Of a stretch of 64,000 nucleotides of DNA, positions 9,901-19,572 are shown in pieces (position 1 is the first letter of the stretch; every line of letters starts with the position of its first letter). The DNA lies in assembly GCA_963766075.1 (NCBI GenBank), contig CAVYAN010000010.1:32001-96000 (forward strand). Reading direction: 5' to 3'. Origin of the DNA: an uncultured cyanobacterium. Lineage in GTDB: Bacteria > Cyanobacteriota > Cyanobacteriia > Leptolyngbyales > Leptolyngbyaceae. A model generated the notes under the pieces. It saw only the letters and a program-made list of their open reading frames with translations, was not told the DNA's origin and searched no databases. The position numbers and the translations under genes were made by a program.

Positions 9901-12636
9901 GACCATGTCGTGAAAGTCGGTGATACTGCCAGCTTTGAACGGTTACTGCTCACCCTCCAGGTCCGCCAGCACTGGCCGCAGCACATCCTGCATCTATGGA
10001 GTCTCGATCCTGGGGCAGCAGATCTCAGGCTCGACACCGTGGCCAAGCAGACCGAAGCGGGATTACATGCGCTCTTATCTTTAGTGCAAGCGATCGGCAA
10101 GGTGGGGCAACCCCAGCCATTACAACTCAGTGTGATCACAAATGGGTCCTACAACCTACTGGGAACGGAATCCCTCAAGCCGCTGAAAAGTCTGCTGCTG
10201 GGGGCGGTGAAAGTAATTCCGCAGGAGTATGCTCAGCTATCCTGTCGCTACGTCGATCTTGAGGAGGTGTTTCCCCATGCTGTATCCCGCTCCCAATGGC
10301 TGCAAACGTTGTTGACGGAGTTAACGACTCCCGAGGCACCTCAAGAAGTCGCCTATCGCGGTCGATCGCGCTGGATTCCTACCTACGAGCCCATATCTTT
10401 ATCTGAGCCAGAGGACAATCCCCGGTTGCGATCGCAGGGCGTTTATCTGATTACCGGCGGCTTGGGCGGAATCGGATTAACCCTCGCCCATCACTTGGCT
10501 CAGACCGTTCAGGCTCGCTTGGTTCTCGTGAGTCGCTCTCCCTTTCCGGCCCGACGCCACTGGGCCTATTGGTGTTTGACCCATCCCAAAGAGGACCCCA
10601 TCAGCCAAAAGATTTACCGACTGCGGGAGCTAGAAGCCTACGGAGCAAAAGTGTGGGTCGAGCAGGCCGATGTCACTGATCACGCTTCACTGGAACCCCT
10701 GGTGGCTTCAATAGAAGCGGTTTTTGGCCCCATTCATGGAGTCATTCACTGTGCGGGGATGGCGGATTTTGGTGGGATTATTCAAGGCCGCAACCGCAGT
10801 GATACTGATCGCATTCTAGCCGCGAAAGTGACAGGCACATTGGTGTTGGATCGGGTCTTCCGCAACCGGCCCCTCGACTTTTGGGTGATGAGTAGCTCCT
10901 TGGGAACGGCCCTCTATAAAACCCTGTTTGGTCAGGTCGGTTACAGTGCGGCTAACGAGTTTTTAAGTGCTTTTTGTGAGTACAAGCAACAGACCACCCA
11001 AACCTTCACGGTCGCCATTCATTGGACCGAGTGGGATGAGGTGGGAATGGCGGTTGATTCCCGCGCAGAGCGCCTAAAAACCAAGGCCCGGGCCGAAGAA
11101 GAACAAAATTGGTTAGTTGCCCTTACCCCCGAAGAAGGTGCAGATGCCTTTGGGCGAATCTTAAATCAGCCTCAAGCCCGAATCGCCGTATCCATTCAGG
11201 ATTTGCAGCAATTATTGCAACAGCAAGCCCAGTGGAGCACCAATCAATTTTTGGAGTCCCTTACTCTGGAACCGGACACCAACCAACCCAAGCAACAGCG
11301 GCCTGAGCTAGCAACGGCCTATATGCCCGCCCAGACCCAGCTAGAAGCCCTGCTGATTGACCACTGGGAAACCTATCTTGGTATTGCACCCTTGGGACTA
11401 GACGACAGTTTTTACGATTTGGGGGGCGATTCTTTGCTTGCCTTGGGGTTACTGGCCCAAATCCAGAAAAAGCTGTCGGTTAATATCCCGATGACAGCCT
11501 TGTTAGAAATCCCCACTGTGGTCGGATTGGTCACCTATCTGCAAACTCATGCCGCTGACACGATCGCCCAGTGGCTTATCCCACTCGAATCCACGCAACC
11601 AGAATCAACCATGGCTCCCCTCCCTAACGACGCCTTCTCTACCCCAGCACCCTCTCAGCCGACTGCACACCCCCCGGATGCGCGCATCCCCCAGCCCCTA
11701 GCCTATCCAACCCCAATGGCGATGACCCAACTGACGACCCCAGCTCAGCCTGTGGCTCGGCCTGTCGCTCCCGTCGTTGCTCGACTCCAAGCGGGTAGCC
11801 CCCAACATCCGCCCTTGTTTTTTGTCCATCCTATCGGGGGCGGCATTAGCTGCTACAGCCCGTTAGCACGCCATCTCAATCGGGATTGTCCTTTCTACGG
11901 ATTGCGGGCGATCGGTCTCGATCAGGAAGCGCCACCGCTAGCTGATGTGCCCCAAATGGCGGCCTGTTATATCCAGACCATCCGCACCATTCAGCCTCAA
12001 GGTCCTTACTACCTTGGAGGGTGGTCGATGGGCGGAGTCGTAGCCTACGAAATGGCCCTCCAACTGTTTCAATTCGGTGAATCGGTATCGGGGTTGATCT
12101 TAATTGACAGTCCAGCCCCAGTGGCAACGCCTCGCGATCCGGCGATCGATTTTACGGTCTTTGCTAGAGGATTGGGCTTCTGCCCAGAGCAAGTGGACGC
12201 CTTTAGTCAGTTGTTACAATCTGATTCAACCGCCCTCGATATGACCCTCCAGCGGTTACTGACAGAAGGTCAACGCATCGGCCTGCTACCCCAAAGTTTT
12301 GCCCTGGCACAGCTCCAGCAACTTTATACTGTGTTCAACGCCCATAGTTTAGCGTTAAGTAACTATACGGCGGCGATCTGTCCTCAGCGGCTACCCACGC
12401 TGTTGCTCCAAGCCAAAATTGCTGATCATTCAATGTTTAGCCGCTTAGGACCGCAAGTGGCTGATCACTGGACCAAACTCTTGGGCCGATCGCCCTTGAT
12501 TCGGAACCTGCCAGGTGATCATTACACCTTGGTCACCGAACCCCAGGTAGCACTGCTGTCCACTCATCTCAACAGTTTTCTATGTCAAATTAAACCATCT
12601 GGGCGGACTGTGGCCGCAACCAGTTTCTCACCCTAA
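6973..12636 (+). CDS. Type I PKS termination module KS-AT-KR-ACP-TE
   Basis: KS TACSTS/HGTGT/NIGH. AT GHSLG and HAFH (malonyl type). KR TGGLGGIG with K, S and YSAAN. ACP LGGDSL. TE GWSMGG. Confidence 0.95.
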   Translation: MDGIDPGMSETISDPLTEISATNIAIIGMAGRFPGAKNVEEYWDNLQAGREGIKFFSDDELKAAGVPAYQLKQANYVKAGGVLDDAELFDANFFGFSPKEAQIIDPQHRLFLEQAWTALEHAGYNSNTYRGAIGVYVGVGMNTYLLRSLYPHLLTSAELDSYQVQIRNDKDFLPTLVSYKLNLRGPSLSVQTACSTSLVAVHLACQSLLNGECDMALSGGVTVFVNPTGYVYSEGMILSPDGHCRAFDAKAQGTVGGNGVGVVVLKRLADAIGDRDTIYAVIKGSAVNNDGTAKVGYTAPSIEGQAAVITEAQAIADTPADTISYVETHGTGTTLGDPIEIAALTQAFRHTTTKNQFCAIGSVKTNIGHLDTAAGVASLIKVALALKHKAIPPSLHFESPNPAINFVHSPFFVNTQLTPWPATDTPRRAGVSSFGIGGTNAHAIVEEAPSETLEPGGASRPWHLLVLSAKSETALTQQRQNLADYLSQQPTVCLADVAFTLAQGRQEFAHRWMGLVQTSEAAIQTLQAPPSGTTFQVQANRTSVVFLFPGQGAQVINMGRDLYKHEPVFREALDTCAQLLLPDLQDDLRQLLYPKADSPVDINQTQWAQPLLFSVEYALAQLWLSWGIKPEAMIGHSLGEYVAACLAGVFSLEEGLWLVAQRAKLMQHLPPGAMLAIPGTEAEITPWLRDGVVLAATNGGICTVSGELSAIADLEHQLTAAGQSVTRLQTSHAFHSPLVESMVADFRHLLQQISFHAPQRTYLSNVTGTWITAPEATDPEYWIQHLRQTVRFGEAVAQLLPDPNWIFLEVGPGRTLTALVRRHPNYTQAQPLLNSLLTTATAYLTEPQHVLQTLGQLWLHGVTPKWQRFYANDNCHRIPLPTYPFEGQRYWIDPPQGSALTLNFGLARNPDPSRWFYAPSWKQLPPLSLQPLATDDCWLLLIDRMGLGTALAESLKAAGQRVVTVAYGDRKFWQSADHVVKVGDTASFERLLLTLQVRQHWPQHILHLWSLDPGAADLRLDTVAKQTEAGLHALLSLVQAIGKVGQPQPLQLSVITNGSYNLLGTESLKPLKSLLLGAVKVIPQEYAQLSCRYVDLEEVFPHAVSRSQWLQTLLTELTTPEAPQEVAYRGRSRWIPTYEPISLSEPEDNPRLRSQGVYLITGGLGGIGLTLAHHLAQTVQARLVLVSRSPFPARRHWAYWCLTHPKEDPISQKIYRLRELEAYGAKVWVEQADVTDHASLEPLVASIEAVFGPIHGVIHCAGMADFGGIIQGRNRSDTDRILAAKVTGTLVLDRVFRNRPLDFWVMSSSLGTALYKTLFGQVGYSAANEFLSAFCEYKQQTTQTFTVAIHWTEWDEVGMAVDSRAERLKTKARAEEEQNWLVALTPEEGADAFGRILNQPQARIAVSIQDLQQLLQQQAQWSTNQFLESLTLEPDTNQPKQQRPELATAYMPAQTQLEALLIDHWETYLGIAPLGLDDSFYDLGGDSLLALGLLAQIQKKLSVNIPMTALLEIPTVVGLVTYLQTHAADTIAQWLIPLESTQPESTMAPLPNDAFSTPAPSQPTAHPPDARIPQPLAYPTPMAMTQLTTPAQPVARPVAPVVARLQAGSPQHPPLFFVHPIGGGISCYSPLARHLNRDCPFYGLRAIGLDQEAPPLADVPQMAACYIQTIRTIQPQGPYYLGGWSMGGVVAYEMALQLFQFGESVSGLILIDSPAPVATPRDPAIDFTVFARGLGFCPEQVDAFSQLLQSDSTALDMTLQRLLTEGQRIGLLPQSFALAQLQQLYTVFNAHSLALSNYTAAICPQRLPTLLLQAKIADHSMFSRLGPQVADHWTKLLGRSPLIRNLPGDHYTLVTEPQVALLSTHLNSFLCQIKPSGRTVAATSFSP

Positions 12637-12650
12637 ATCTGGAGTCAGAC

Positions 12651-13838
12651 ATGATCCCTTCCTCTCGTCAATTTACGGCGTCACCTGTCTTGATCTGGGG
12701 CCTTTTGGGGCTAACGGTGGTGGCAATTACTATCCCCATCATCGGTATCCAGAAGTTTGCCCCTACCCAGACGCCGCCAACAGTGGCTAGCCCTGGGGTG
12801 CCTGATCAGCTACGCGTAGCCGCTTTGGGACGAATCGAACCGGTTTCCGGAGTCATTCAGGTGGGGGGACCTGTCGGTGAAATTGTCGGCCAACTCTTGA
12901 TTAAAGAAGGCGATTGGGTGACTCAAGGTCAAGTGCTTGGCTACCTGCGCAGTTATCAAGAGCGGCAGGAAGAATTAGCTAAGGCCAAACAAGATCTAGA
13001 CAGTGCTCGGGTGCGCCTAGCAGCCGAAACTCAATATAGTGAAGCCCAACTGCAAGAACGGACAATTGATGCGACTCAAGCTCCGGGGAGCCTGGAAAGT
13101 ACAATTGCGGCTCAGCAAGCACAAATTGAGTCACTGCGCTCGGAGCAGTCCCTGGCGACTAAGCAACTGAGCCGCTATGAATCTTTGGTAGCCCAAGGAG
13201 CTGCCCCCCGGCGTGAATTAGATGAACGCCAAGCCCAAGTGGATCAATTGGGTCAACGGATTCGCCAAGCCGAAGAAACCCTACAAAAAATCATCAAAGA
13301 CCGCGATCGCGAACTGGCAAATATCCAGGCCCAAGTGACCATAGCGCGCACAAATACGGCCCGGATTCAGTCCAATAGCCAAGTTGCAGCCGCAGAACAA
13401 GCGATCGCCCTCGCCCAAGTGCGCCTAGACAACACCATCATTAAAGCACCCCGCCAAGGTCGCATTTTGCGCATTGTCACTAAACCGGGGGAAAGTATTG
13501 GCGATGATGGTCGGGGTAAAGGCACCCTCGTGACACTGGCTGACACCAGCGCAATGCAGGTACTGGCTGAGGTAAATGAATCAAATATCCGGCAAGTTAA
13601 ACTCGGCCAAGTTGCAACCATTACGAGTCGGAACAAAGCCTTTGAAGAATCATTGAAAGGTCAGGTGAGTGAAATTGGGCGGCAAATTTTTAAGAATAAT
13701 GTGCTAAACGACGATCCCAGCGCCCTGAGCGATGCCAGGGTGATTCAAGTTAAGGTGCAATTGGATGATAGCCAAGCTGTGGCCAAATTTACGAATCTGC
13801 AAGTCGATGTCCAAATTGAAATCCAACCCACTCCTTAA
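12651..13838 (+). CDS. devB: DevB-like periplasmic adaptor (membrane fusion protein) of ABC exporter
   Basis: N-terminal TM, VAALGRIEP, coiled coil, AEVNES...GQ, DARVIQVKVQLD; directly upstream of DevC-like permeases. Confidence 0.85.
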   Translation: MIPSSRQFTASPVLIWGLLGLTVVAITIPIIGIQKFAPTQTPPTVASPGVPDQLRVAALGRIEPVSGVIQVGGPVGEIVGQLLIKEGDWVTQGQVLGYLRSYQERQEELAKAKQDLDSARVRLAAETQYSEAQLQERTIDATQAPGSLESTIAAQQAQIESLRSEQSLATKQLSRYESLVAQGAAPRRELDERQAQVDQLGQRIRQAEETLQKIIKDRDRELANIQAQVTIARTNTARIQSNSQVAAAEQAIALAQVRLDNTIIKAPRQGRILRIVTKPGESIGDDGRGKGTLVTLADTSAMQVLAEVNESNIRQVKLGQVATITSRNKAFEESLKGQVSEIGRQIFKNNVLNDDPSALSDARVIQVKVQLDDSQAVAKFTNLQVDVQIEIQPTP

Positions 13839-13874
13839 TTGTTTAGTTAACCCTACGTCAGCCCGCCAATCTCT

Positions 13875-15017
13875 ATGTTTAATTCTGTTGCTTTATCCAA
13901 TTTGGCTTACGATCGCACGCGATTGCTCGTAGGGATTTCCGGGGTGGCGTTTGCCGTTTTACTCGTGTTTATCAATCTCGGGTTTTTAGGGGCGTTATCC
14001 GACACGGCAGGGTTGATCTATAACCAATTGGATGCCGATGTTTATCTGGTTTCCCCATTATCTCTAAATGGCACGGCAACGAAACCCTTTACGCGCGAGC
14101 GGCTTTATCAGGCAGTGAGTCAGCCTGATGTCGCTCAGGCGACTCCCCTGTATATTGGTTATCAACCTTGGCGCAATGCTGAGAATAACCAAGAGTTGTT
14201 TATTCTCAGTTTTGGCTTTAATCCTAAGGATAAACCCTTTTTATTGCCTGATGTGCGTTCTGATCAGGCGATCGCTGCCTTTTCTGAAACCAATACTGTG
14301 TTCTTCGATCGGCGATCGCTGCCGAAGTATGGCCCCCAGACCCTCGGCCTCAAAACCGAATTTAATAAGCGGGAGGTCACCCTCAATGGTCTATTCTCCC
14401 TTGGCGGCGGGTTAGCGGCGGAAGGCACCCTGATGATGAGCGATCAAAATTTTCTCCGTTATTTCAGCCCCCGCACGCTAGAGCGGATTGATTTGGGTCT
14501 ATTGAAGTTAAAGCCGGGGGCCAATGCTCCAGCCGTGGTGCTCGAACTCCGGAAACAGCTACCATCTGATGTCACAGTCTTTACGAAAGAGGAGATGATT
14601 GCGCGCGATCGGCAATACTGGATGGAAACCACCGCCGTCGGATTTATTTTTAGCCTCGGCGTGGGGGTGGCGCTCATTGTCGGGGCGGCTATTGTCTATC
14701 AAATTCTCTATGCGGATATTGCCAAAAACTTCCGGGAGTATGCCACCCTCAAGGCGATTGGATTTCGCAATCGCTTTTTGGTCAGTATGGTGCTGCAAGA
14801 GGCCTTGTTGCTAGCGGTGATGGGATATGTTCCGGGCCTGATTTTGGGGTTGGGAGCCTATCAACTGATTCTGCAAGCTACTAATGAAGCGATTCCCATG
14901 GTGATGACACCAGATCGAGTGGTCGTGGTATTTGGATTAGCGATCGCCACCTGTGTTTTATCGGGGATATTTTCCCTGCGTAAAATTTTGGTTGCCGATC
15001 CAGCTTCCGTCTTGTAG
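13875..15017 (+). CDS. devC: DevC/FtsX-like ABC exporter permease
   Basis: GVAFAVLLVF N-terminal TM; YQILYADI...EYATLKAIG motif; C-terminal ADPA. Confidence 0.88.
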   Translation: MFNSVALSNLAYDRTRLLVGISGVAFAVLLVFINLGFLGALSDTAGLIYNQLDADVYLVSPLSLNGTATKPFTRERLYQAVSQPDVAQATPLYIGYQPWRNAENNQELFILSFGFNPKDKPFLLPDVRSDQAIAAFSETNTVFFDRRSLPKYGPQTLGLKTEFNKREVTLNGLFSLGGGLAAEGTLMMSDQNFLRYFSPRTLERIDLGLLKLKPGANAPAVVLELRKQLPSDVTVFTKEEMIARDRQYWMETTAVGFIFSLGVGVALIVGAAIVYQILYADIAKNFREYATLKAIGFRNRFLVSMVLQEALLLAVMGYVPGLILGLGAYQLILQATNEAIPMVMTPDRVVVVFGLAIATCVLSGIFSLRKILVADPASVL

Positions 15018-15023
15018 ACATTT

Positions 15024-16199
15024 ATGAACTTGACCATGGCATCTCGTAACCCTTCTGTTTCCTGGCTAAATCTGACCCATAAACCAGGTCGCCTCATGCT
15101 GCTGCTGAGTGGTATCGTGTTTGCCGTGATTTTGATGTTCATGTTTTCTGGATTTAAACATGCGCTCTATGACAGTCAACTGGAAATTTTGCACCATCTG
15201 AAGGGAGATGTTTTTATTGTCAGTCAGCGTCGCCCCAGCTTTGCCACACCCAATTTCATTCCCCGGCACATTTTGTATCAAGCGCAATCTTATCGGGGTG
15301 TCAAGACGGCTTCAGCACTTTATTTGGGCGAAGCATTTTGGAAAAATCCCGACACGCGATTGGTCCGTCTAGCCCGCGTGTTGGCCTTTAATCTGAATCA
15401 ACCGTTGTTTGATTTCCCCGAATTACAACAGAATATTTCCGCATTGCAGGTGCCTAATACCGTTTGGGTCGATCGGTTGGCCCGTCCTGAACTCGGTCGC
15501 ACATCGCCAGGGACAGTCACCGAGTTGGCCGATCGAGCTGTGTATGTGGTCGGCAACTTCACGCTGGGTAACGATTTTGCGTCACTCAATGGTAATCTCC
15601 TGATGAGCGAAGACAACTTCCAACAGTATTTTTCTGGCCGCGATCCTAAGGAAGGAAATCGTTCCTTAAATGAAGTGGATATTGCCGTTGTTGAGGTTGA
15701 ACCCCAATTCCAGCCGCAGGCTGTGGCTACGACGCTACGCCAAAATTTGCCGAAAAGCGTGAATGTCATGACCCGTGAGGAAATCATGCAGTGGGAACGG
15801 ACGGTTTGGGAGGAAAGTTCTAACATTGGCTTTGTGTTTGGCATCCTGACAACAATGGGATTTGTGATTGGGGTGATTCTTTGCTACCAAATCATTTATG
15901 CCGATGTGACCGATCACCTGCGAGAATATGCCACCCTCAAAGCGATGGGATATCAGAATCGGTTTCTATACGCGGTGGTGTTTCAAGAGTCTTTATTGCT
16001 GGCGGTGATGGCCTTCATTCCTGGCCTTTTACTCAGTGCTGGCCTTTACAGCTTAGCCAAAGGGGCGACGGGCTTAATGTTTCAGATGACCTTTGACAGA
16101 AGCACACAACTTTTCATCATGACAGTTCTGATGTGTTTTATTTCGGGTTTGGTGTCACTGGTAAAGTTGCATCAATCCGATCCAGCGGATATTTTTTAG
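15024..16199 (+). CDS. devC: Second DevC/FtsX-like ABC exporter permease
   Basis: YQIIYADVTDHLREYATLKAMGY; C-terminal DPADIF. Confidence 0.88.
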   Translation: MNLTMASRNPSVSWLNLTHKPGRLMLLLSGIVFAVILMFMFSGFKHALYDSQLEILHHLKGDVFIVSQRRPSFATPNFIPRHILYQAQSYRGVKTASALYLGEAFWKNPDTRLVRLARVLAFNLNQPLFDFPELQQNISALQVPNTVWVDRLARPELGRTSPGTVTELADRAVYVVGNFTLGNDFASLNGNLLMSEDNFQQYFSGRDPKEGNRSLNEVDIAVVEVEPQFQPQAVATTLRQNLPKSVNVMTREEIMQWERTVWEESSNIGFVFGILTTMGFVIGVILCYQIIYADVTDHLREYATLKAMGYQNRFLYAVVFQESLLLAVMAFIPGLLLSAGLYSLAKGATGLMFQMTFDRSTQLFIMTVLMCFISGLVSLVKLHQSDPADIF

Positions 16200-16215
16200 G
16201 CGATCGCAGAACATC

Positions 16216-19200
16216 ATGCAGCAATTTCTCATTCTTTGGTTAGGACAACTGGTTTCCTTGGTCGGATCACAGCTAACTGGATTCGCCCTCGGCGTTTGGG
16301 TCTATCAACAAACCCATTCGACCACGTTGTTTGCGCTGCTCATTGGGTTAAATGTCCTGCCGGTGATTGTGCTATCGCCTTTGATTGGAACGATTGTTGA
16401 TCGCTGGAACCGGCGCACAGTCATGCTGTTGAGTGATTTTGGGGCAGGGCTGAGTACAGTTGCTTTGGCGATCGCCCTAAAGGCCAACTATCTGCCGATT
16501 GGTCTAATTGCGGTCTTAATTGCCCTCAATGCCACCTTTAGTAGTTTTATGCGACCGGCTTACACCGCTGCAACGACACAATTAGTCGCTGCTAAAGATC
16601 TCGATCGAGCCAGTGGCCTGATGCAAATTGGCTCATCGGTCGCACAATTAATTGCGCCCATTCTGGGCGGAGCCTTACTCAAGTTCATTGGTCTTCCCGG
16701 CATCATCGGCATCGATGTGATCACCTTTTTAATTGCCGTTCTAACCCAAATGATTGTACGGTTACCCCCACCTGTTCCGGTGGCAACGGTGACACAATCC
16801 TCCTCTTCCCTCCTTAAAGACTTTCTCCAAGCGCTCCAATTTCTCAAACAGCGTCCTGGACTATTGGCATTGCTTGGTTTCTTTGTCGTCAAAAATTTTT
16901 TAACCTCAATTGTCTACGTTGCCACCACACCCTATGTTTTGTCCTTTTCGTCAGAGCTTGTCCTGGGCAGCATTTTGTCCGTGGGCGGTCTGGGAATGGT
17001 TGTAGGGGGCATTGTTTTGAGTATATTTCCGATCGGGCAATCGCGAATCCTGACCATTCAGGTCTTTGCACTCCTCGGCGGGGTCACACTCATCATGCTC
17101 GCCATGAAGAATTCAATTCCAATCTTCATGGTGGGTTCATTTTTATTCTTTCTCGGTCTCCCTTTCATTCATGGCTCCGGTCAGGTGATTTTCCAAAAGA
17201 AAGTGCCTCAGGCTCTACAAGGACGCATATTTGCTTTTAATGAAGCGCTGGCCGGATCGTCGGTGCCGTTGGGGTATCTAGCAGCAGGTCCGCTCAGTGA
17301 TGTTGTGTTTGAACCTTGGATGCAGCCCGATGGGTGGCTAGCTGGTACGATTGGCCTGTTCTTGGGAACGGGACCTGGACGCGGCATCGCCCTATTATTC
17401 ATCCTCCTCGGAGTAATACACGGGGCCCTCGCCTTAATGATTCAACTGTACATGCCCTTACGGAAGATCGAATGGCAATTACCCGATCAGGCAGAAGAAC
17501 CTTATGAAGAATTTGTCACTATTCCAACTAAATCTGATTCTACTTCCACCCTACGGCCTCCCAAAGAGAATATCATGATGGAATTCTCTAACTCCGTACA
17601 ATCCTATCAAAACCCCGTTCTTGATCATTCTCATGGCATCCGACCCACGATGGAACCCGTTATTTCTATTCAAAAATTAAATCATTTCTTTGGTAAGGGT
17701 GATTTATCTAAACAGGTGTTAATTGACATTAACCTGTCCATCCAACCAGGAGAAATTGTGATTATGACGGGGCCATCAGGTTCCGGAAAAACGACCCTCC
17801 TGACGTTAATGGGAGCCCTCCGCTCTGTTCAAGACGGCAGTTTAAAAGTCTTGGGTAGAGAATTAAATCAGGCGACCAATCAAAAGTTAGTGGAGGTGCG
17901 GCGGAATATTGGGTATATCTTCCAAGCCCATAACTTGCTACCGTTTATGACGGCTCGGCAGAATGTGCGGATGTCTTTAGCGTTACAATCGAAGACCGAT
18001 CGCGCCCATGCTTTGCAGAAAGTTGATGAGGTCTTAAATGCAGTTGGATTGGGGAATCACCTGAACTACTATCCTGAAAAACTTTCGGGGGGACAGAAAC
18101 AACGGGTGGCGATCGCCCGCGCCCTTGTCAACGAACCAGCTCTCATCTTAGCCGACGAACCGACTGCTTCCTTGGATAGTAAAACTGGCCGTGAAGTCGT
18201 TGAGTTAATGTATCGTCTCGCCAAAGAACAGCACTGCACGATCATCTTAGTCACCCATGACAATCGCATTTTGGACATTGCCGATCGCATTATCAACTTG
18301 GAAGATGGACGGCTATTACCAGCAGTTGGAGAAACTAAGCACCTGCGCCCCAGCACTACCCTAATTTCATCCGGGGGCAACGCACCAATATTGAATTCTC
18401 CGACTAAATCGACATCACAGGTGCTCAATCAAATCTACGATTTGGATTCATTGAGAGTTGAATCTACTTCGACGGAGACAGTAATCAACTTAAGACAGAC
18501 ACCCTCAGCATTGACACCTTCAGCATTTCCTGAGACAGGATATCCAGGGGGGCCATCCCTGCCGGTGGAACAACCAGAAAGTCAATTGAGACACTTGCCG
18601 CCCGGAACAGATTCATTAAGAGTCGAATCTGACTCAACATCTGATTCGACAGAGACACTGATCAACTTAAGGCAGACGCCTGCAGCCTTCCCACAGACAG
18701 AATATCCAGAGGTATCATCCCTGTCTGTGGAACAGCCAGAAAGTCAATTGAGACACTTGCCGCCTGGAACAGATTCATTAAGAGTCGAATCTGACTCAAC
18801 ATCTGATTCGACAGAGACACTGATCAACTTAAGGCAGACGCCTGCAGCCTTCCCACAGACAGGATATTCAGAGGTATCATCCCTGTCTGTGGAACAGCCA
18901 GAAAGTCAATTGAGACACTTGCCGCCTGGAACAGATTCATTAAGAGTCGAATCTGACTCAACATCTGATTCGACAGAGACACTGATCAACTTAAGGCAGA
19001 CGCCTGCAGCCTTCCCGCAGACAGGATATTCAGAGGTGTCGTCCCTGTCTGTGGAGCAACCAGAAAGTCAACTGGGACACTTACCGCCAGGGGCAATCCA
19101 ACCCCATAAACGATATAAGATTGTTTGTATTGATGATAGTCCGGCGGTGCTTTGTTCTCTGAGGGCCTTTTTATCTGATGATCTGTTTTCAGTCTATCTA

Positions 19201-19473
19201 ATTGATGATCCAATTCAGTCATTGATCCAATTGATTAAAATCAAGCCGGATATGGTGATTTTAGATATTAATATGCCCAGACTGGATGGTTATCAGTTAT
19301 GTTCATTATTGCGCCATCATGAAAAATTTAAACATATTCCAGTCATTGTGATTACCGGTGATCCAAAATTGATTGATCTCCAAGCGGCCCAAAAAGTCGG
19401 AGTATCGGAGTGTCTTGTGAAACCGTTCGATCAATCTGATTTAATGGTAAAGCTTTTCCCCCATTTGACTTAA
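16216..19473 (+). CDS. Apparent fusion: MFS efflux transporter + DevA-like ABC ATPase + Ser/Thr/Pro-rich tandem repeats + receiver (REC) domain
   Basis: aa 1-~425 is a multi-TM MFS (DRWNRR loop). From 17650 [40 protein letters not shown]-terminal CIDDSP/ILDINMP/ITGD/VKPF. Confidence 0.8.
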   Translation: MQQFLILWLGQLVSLVGSQLTGFALGVWVYQQTHSTTLFALLIGLNVLPVIVLSPLIGTIVDRWNRRTVMLLSDFGAGLSTVALAIALKANYLPIGLIAVLIALNATFSSFMRPAYTAATTQLVAAKDLDRASGLMQIGSSVAQLIAPILGGALLKFIGLPGIIGIDVITFLIAVLTQMIVRLPPPVPVATVTQSSSSLLKDFLQALQFLKQRPGLLALLGFFVVKNFLTSIVYVATTPYVLSFSSELVLGSILSVGGLGMVVGGIVLSIFPIGQSRILTIQVFALLGGVTLIMLAMKNSIPIFMVGSFLFFLGLPFIHGSGQVIFQKKVPQALQGRIFAFNEALAGSSVPLGYLAAGPLSDVVFEPWMQPDGWLAGTIGLFLGTGPGRGIALLFILLGVIHGALALMIQLYMPLRKIEWQLPDQAEEPYEEFVTIPTKSDSTSTLRPPKENIMMEFSNSVQSYQNPVLDHSHGIRPTMEPVISIQKLNHFFGKGDLSKQVLIDINLSIQPGEIVIMTGPSGSGKTTLLTLMGALRSVQDGSLKVLGRELNQATNQKLVEVRRNIGYIFQAHNLLPFMTARQNVRMSLALQSKTDRAHALQKVDEVLNAVGLGNHLNYYPEKLSGGQKQRVAIARALVNEPALILADEPTASLDSKTGREVVELMYRLAKEQHCTIILVTHDNRILDIADRIINLEDGRLLPAVGETKHLRPSTTLISSGGNAPILNSPTKSTSQVLNQIYDLDSLRVESTSTETVINLRQTPSALTPSAFPETGYPGGPSLPVEQPESQLRHLPPGTDSLRVESDSTSDSTETLINLRQTPAAFPQTEYPEVSSLSVEQPESQLRHLPPGTDSLRVESDSTSDSTETLINLRQTPAAFPQTGYSEVSSLSVEQPESQLRHLPPGTDSLRVESDSTSDSTETLINLRQTPAAFPQTGYSEVSSLSVEQPESQLGHLPPGAIQPHKRYKIVCIDDSPAVLCSLRAFLSDDLFSVYLIDDPIQSLIQLIKIKPDMVILDINMPRLDGYQLCSLLRHHEKFKHIPVIVITGDPKLIDLQAAQKVGVSECLVKPFDQSDLMVKLFPHLT
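18445..19092 (+). repeat. Four in-frame tandem repeats, 162 bp (54 aa) unit; first unit 165 bp
   Basis: Unit starts (gattcatt) at 18445, 18610, 18772 and 18934; peptide [29 protein letters not shown]...[14 protein letters not shown]. Confidence 0.95.
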
Positions 19474-19572
19474 CTCAACAGTCCGAGCAGATTTTAGAGG
19501 GATCAGCCTGAGAGGATGCTTTAAAAGGTAACCGTAACTACTCAGGCTGAGGGTACAAGGTCGGTGTCTTTC

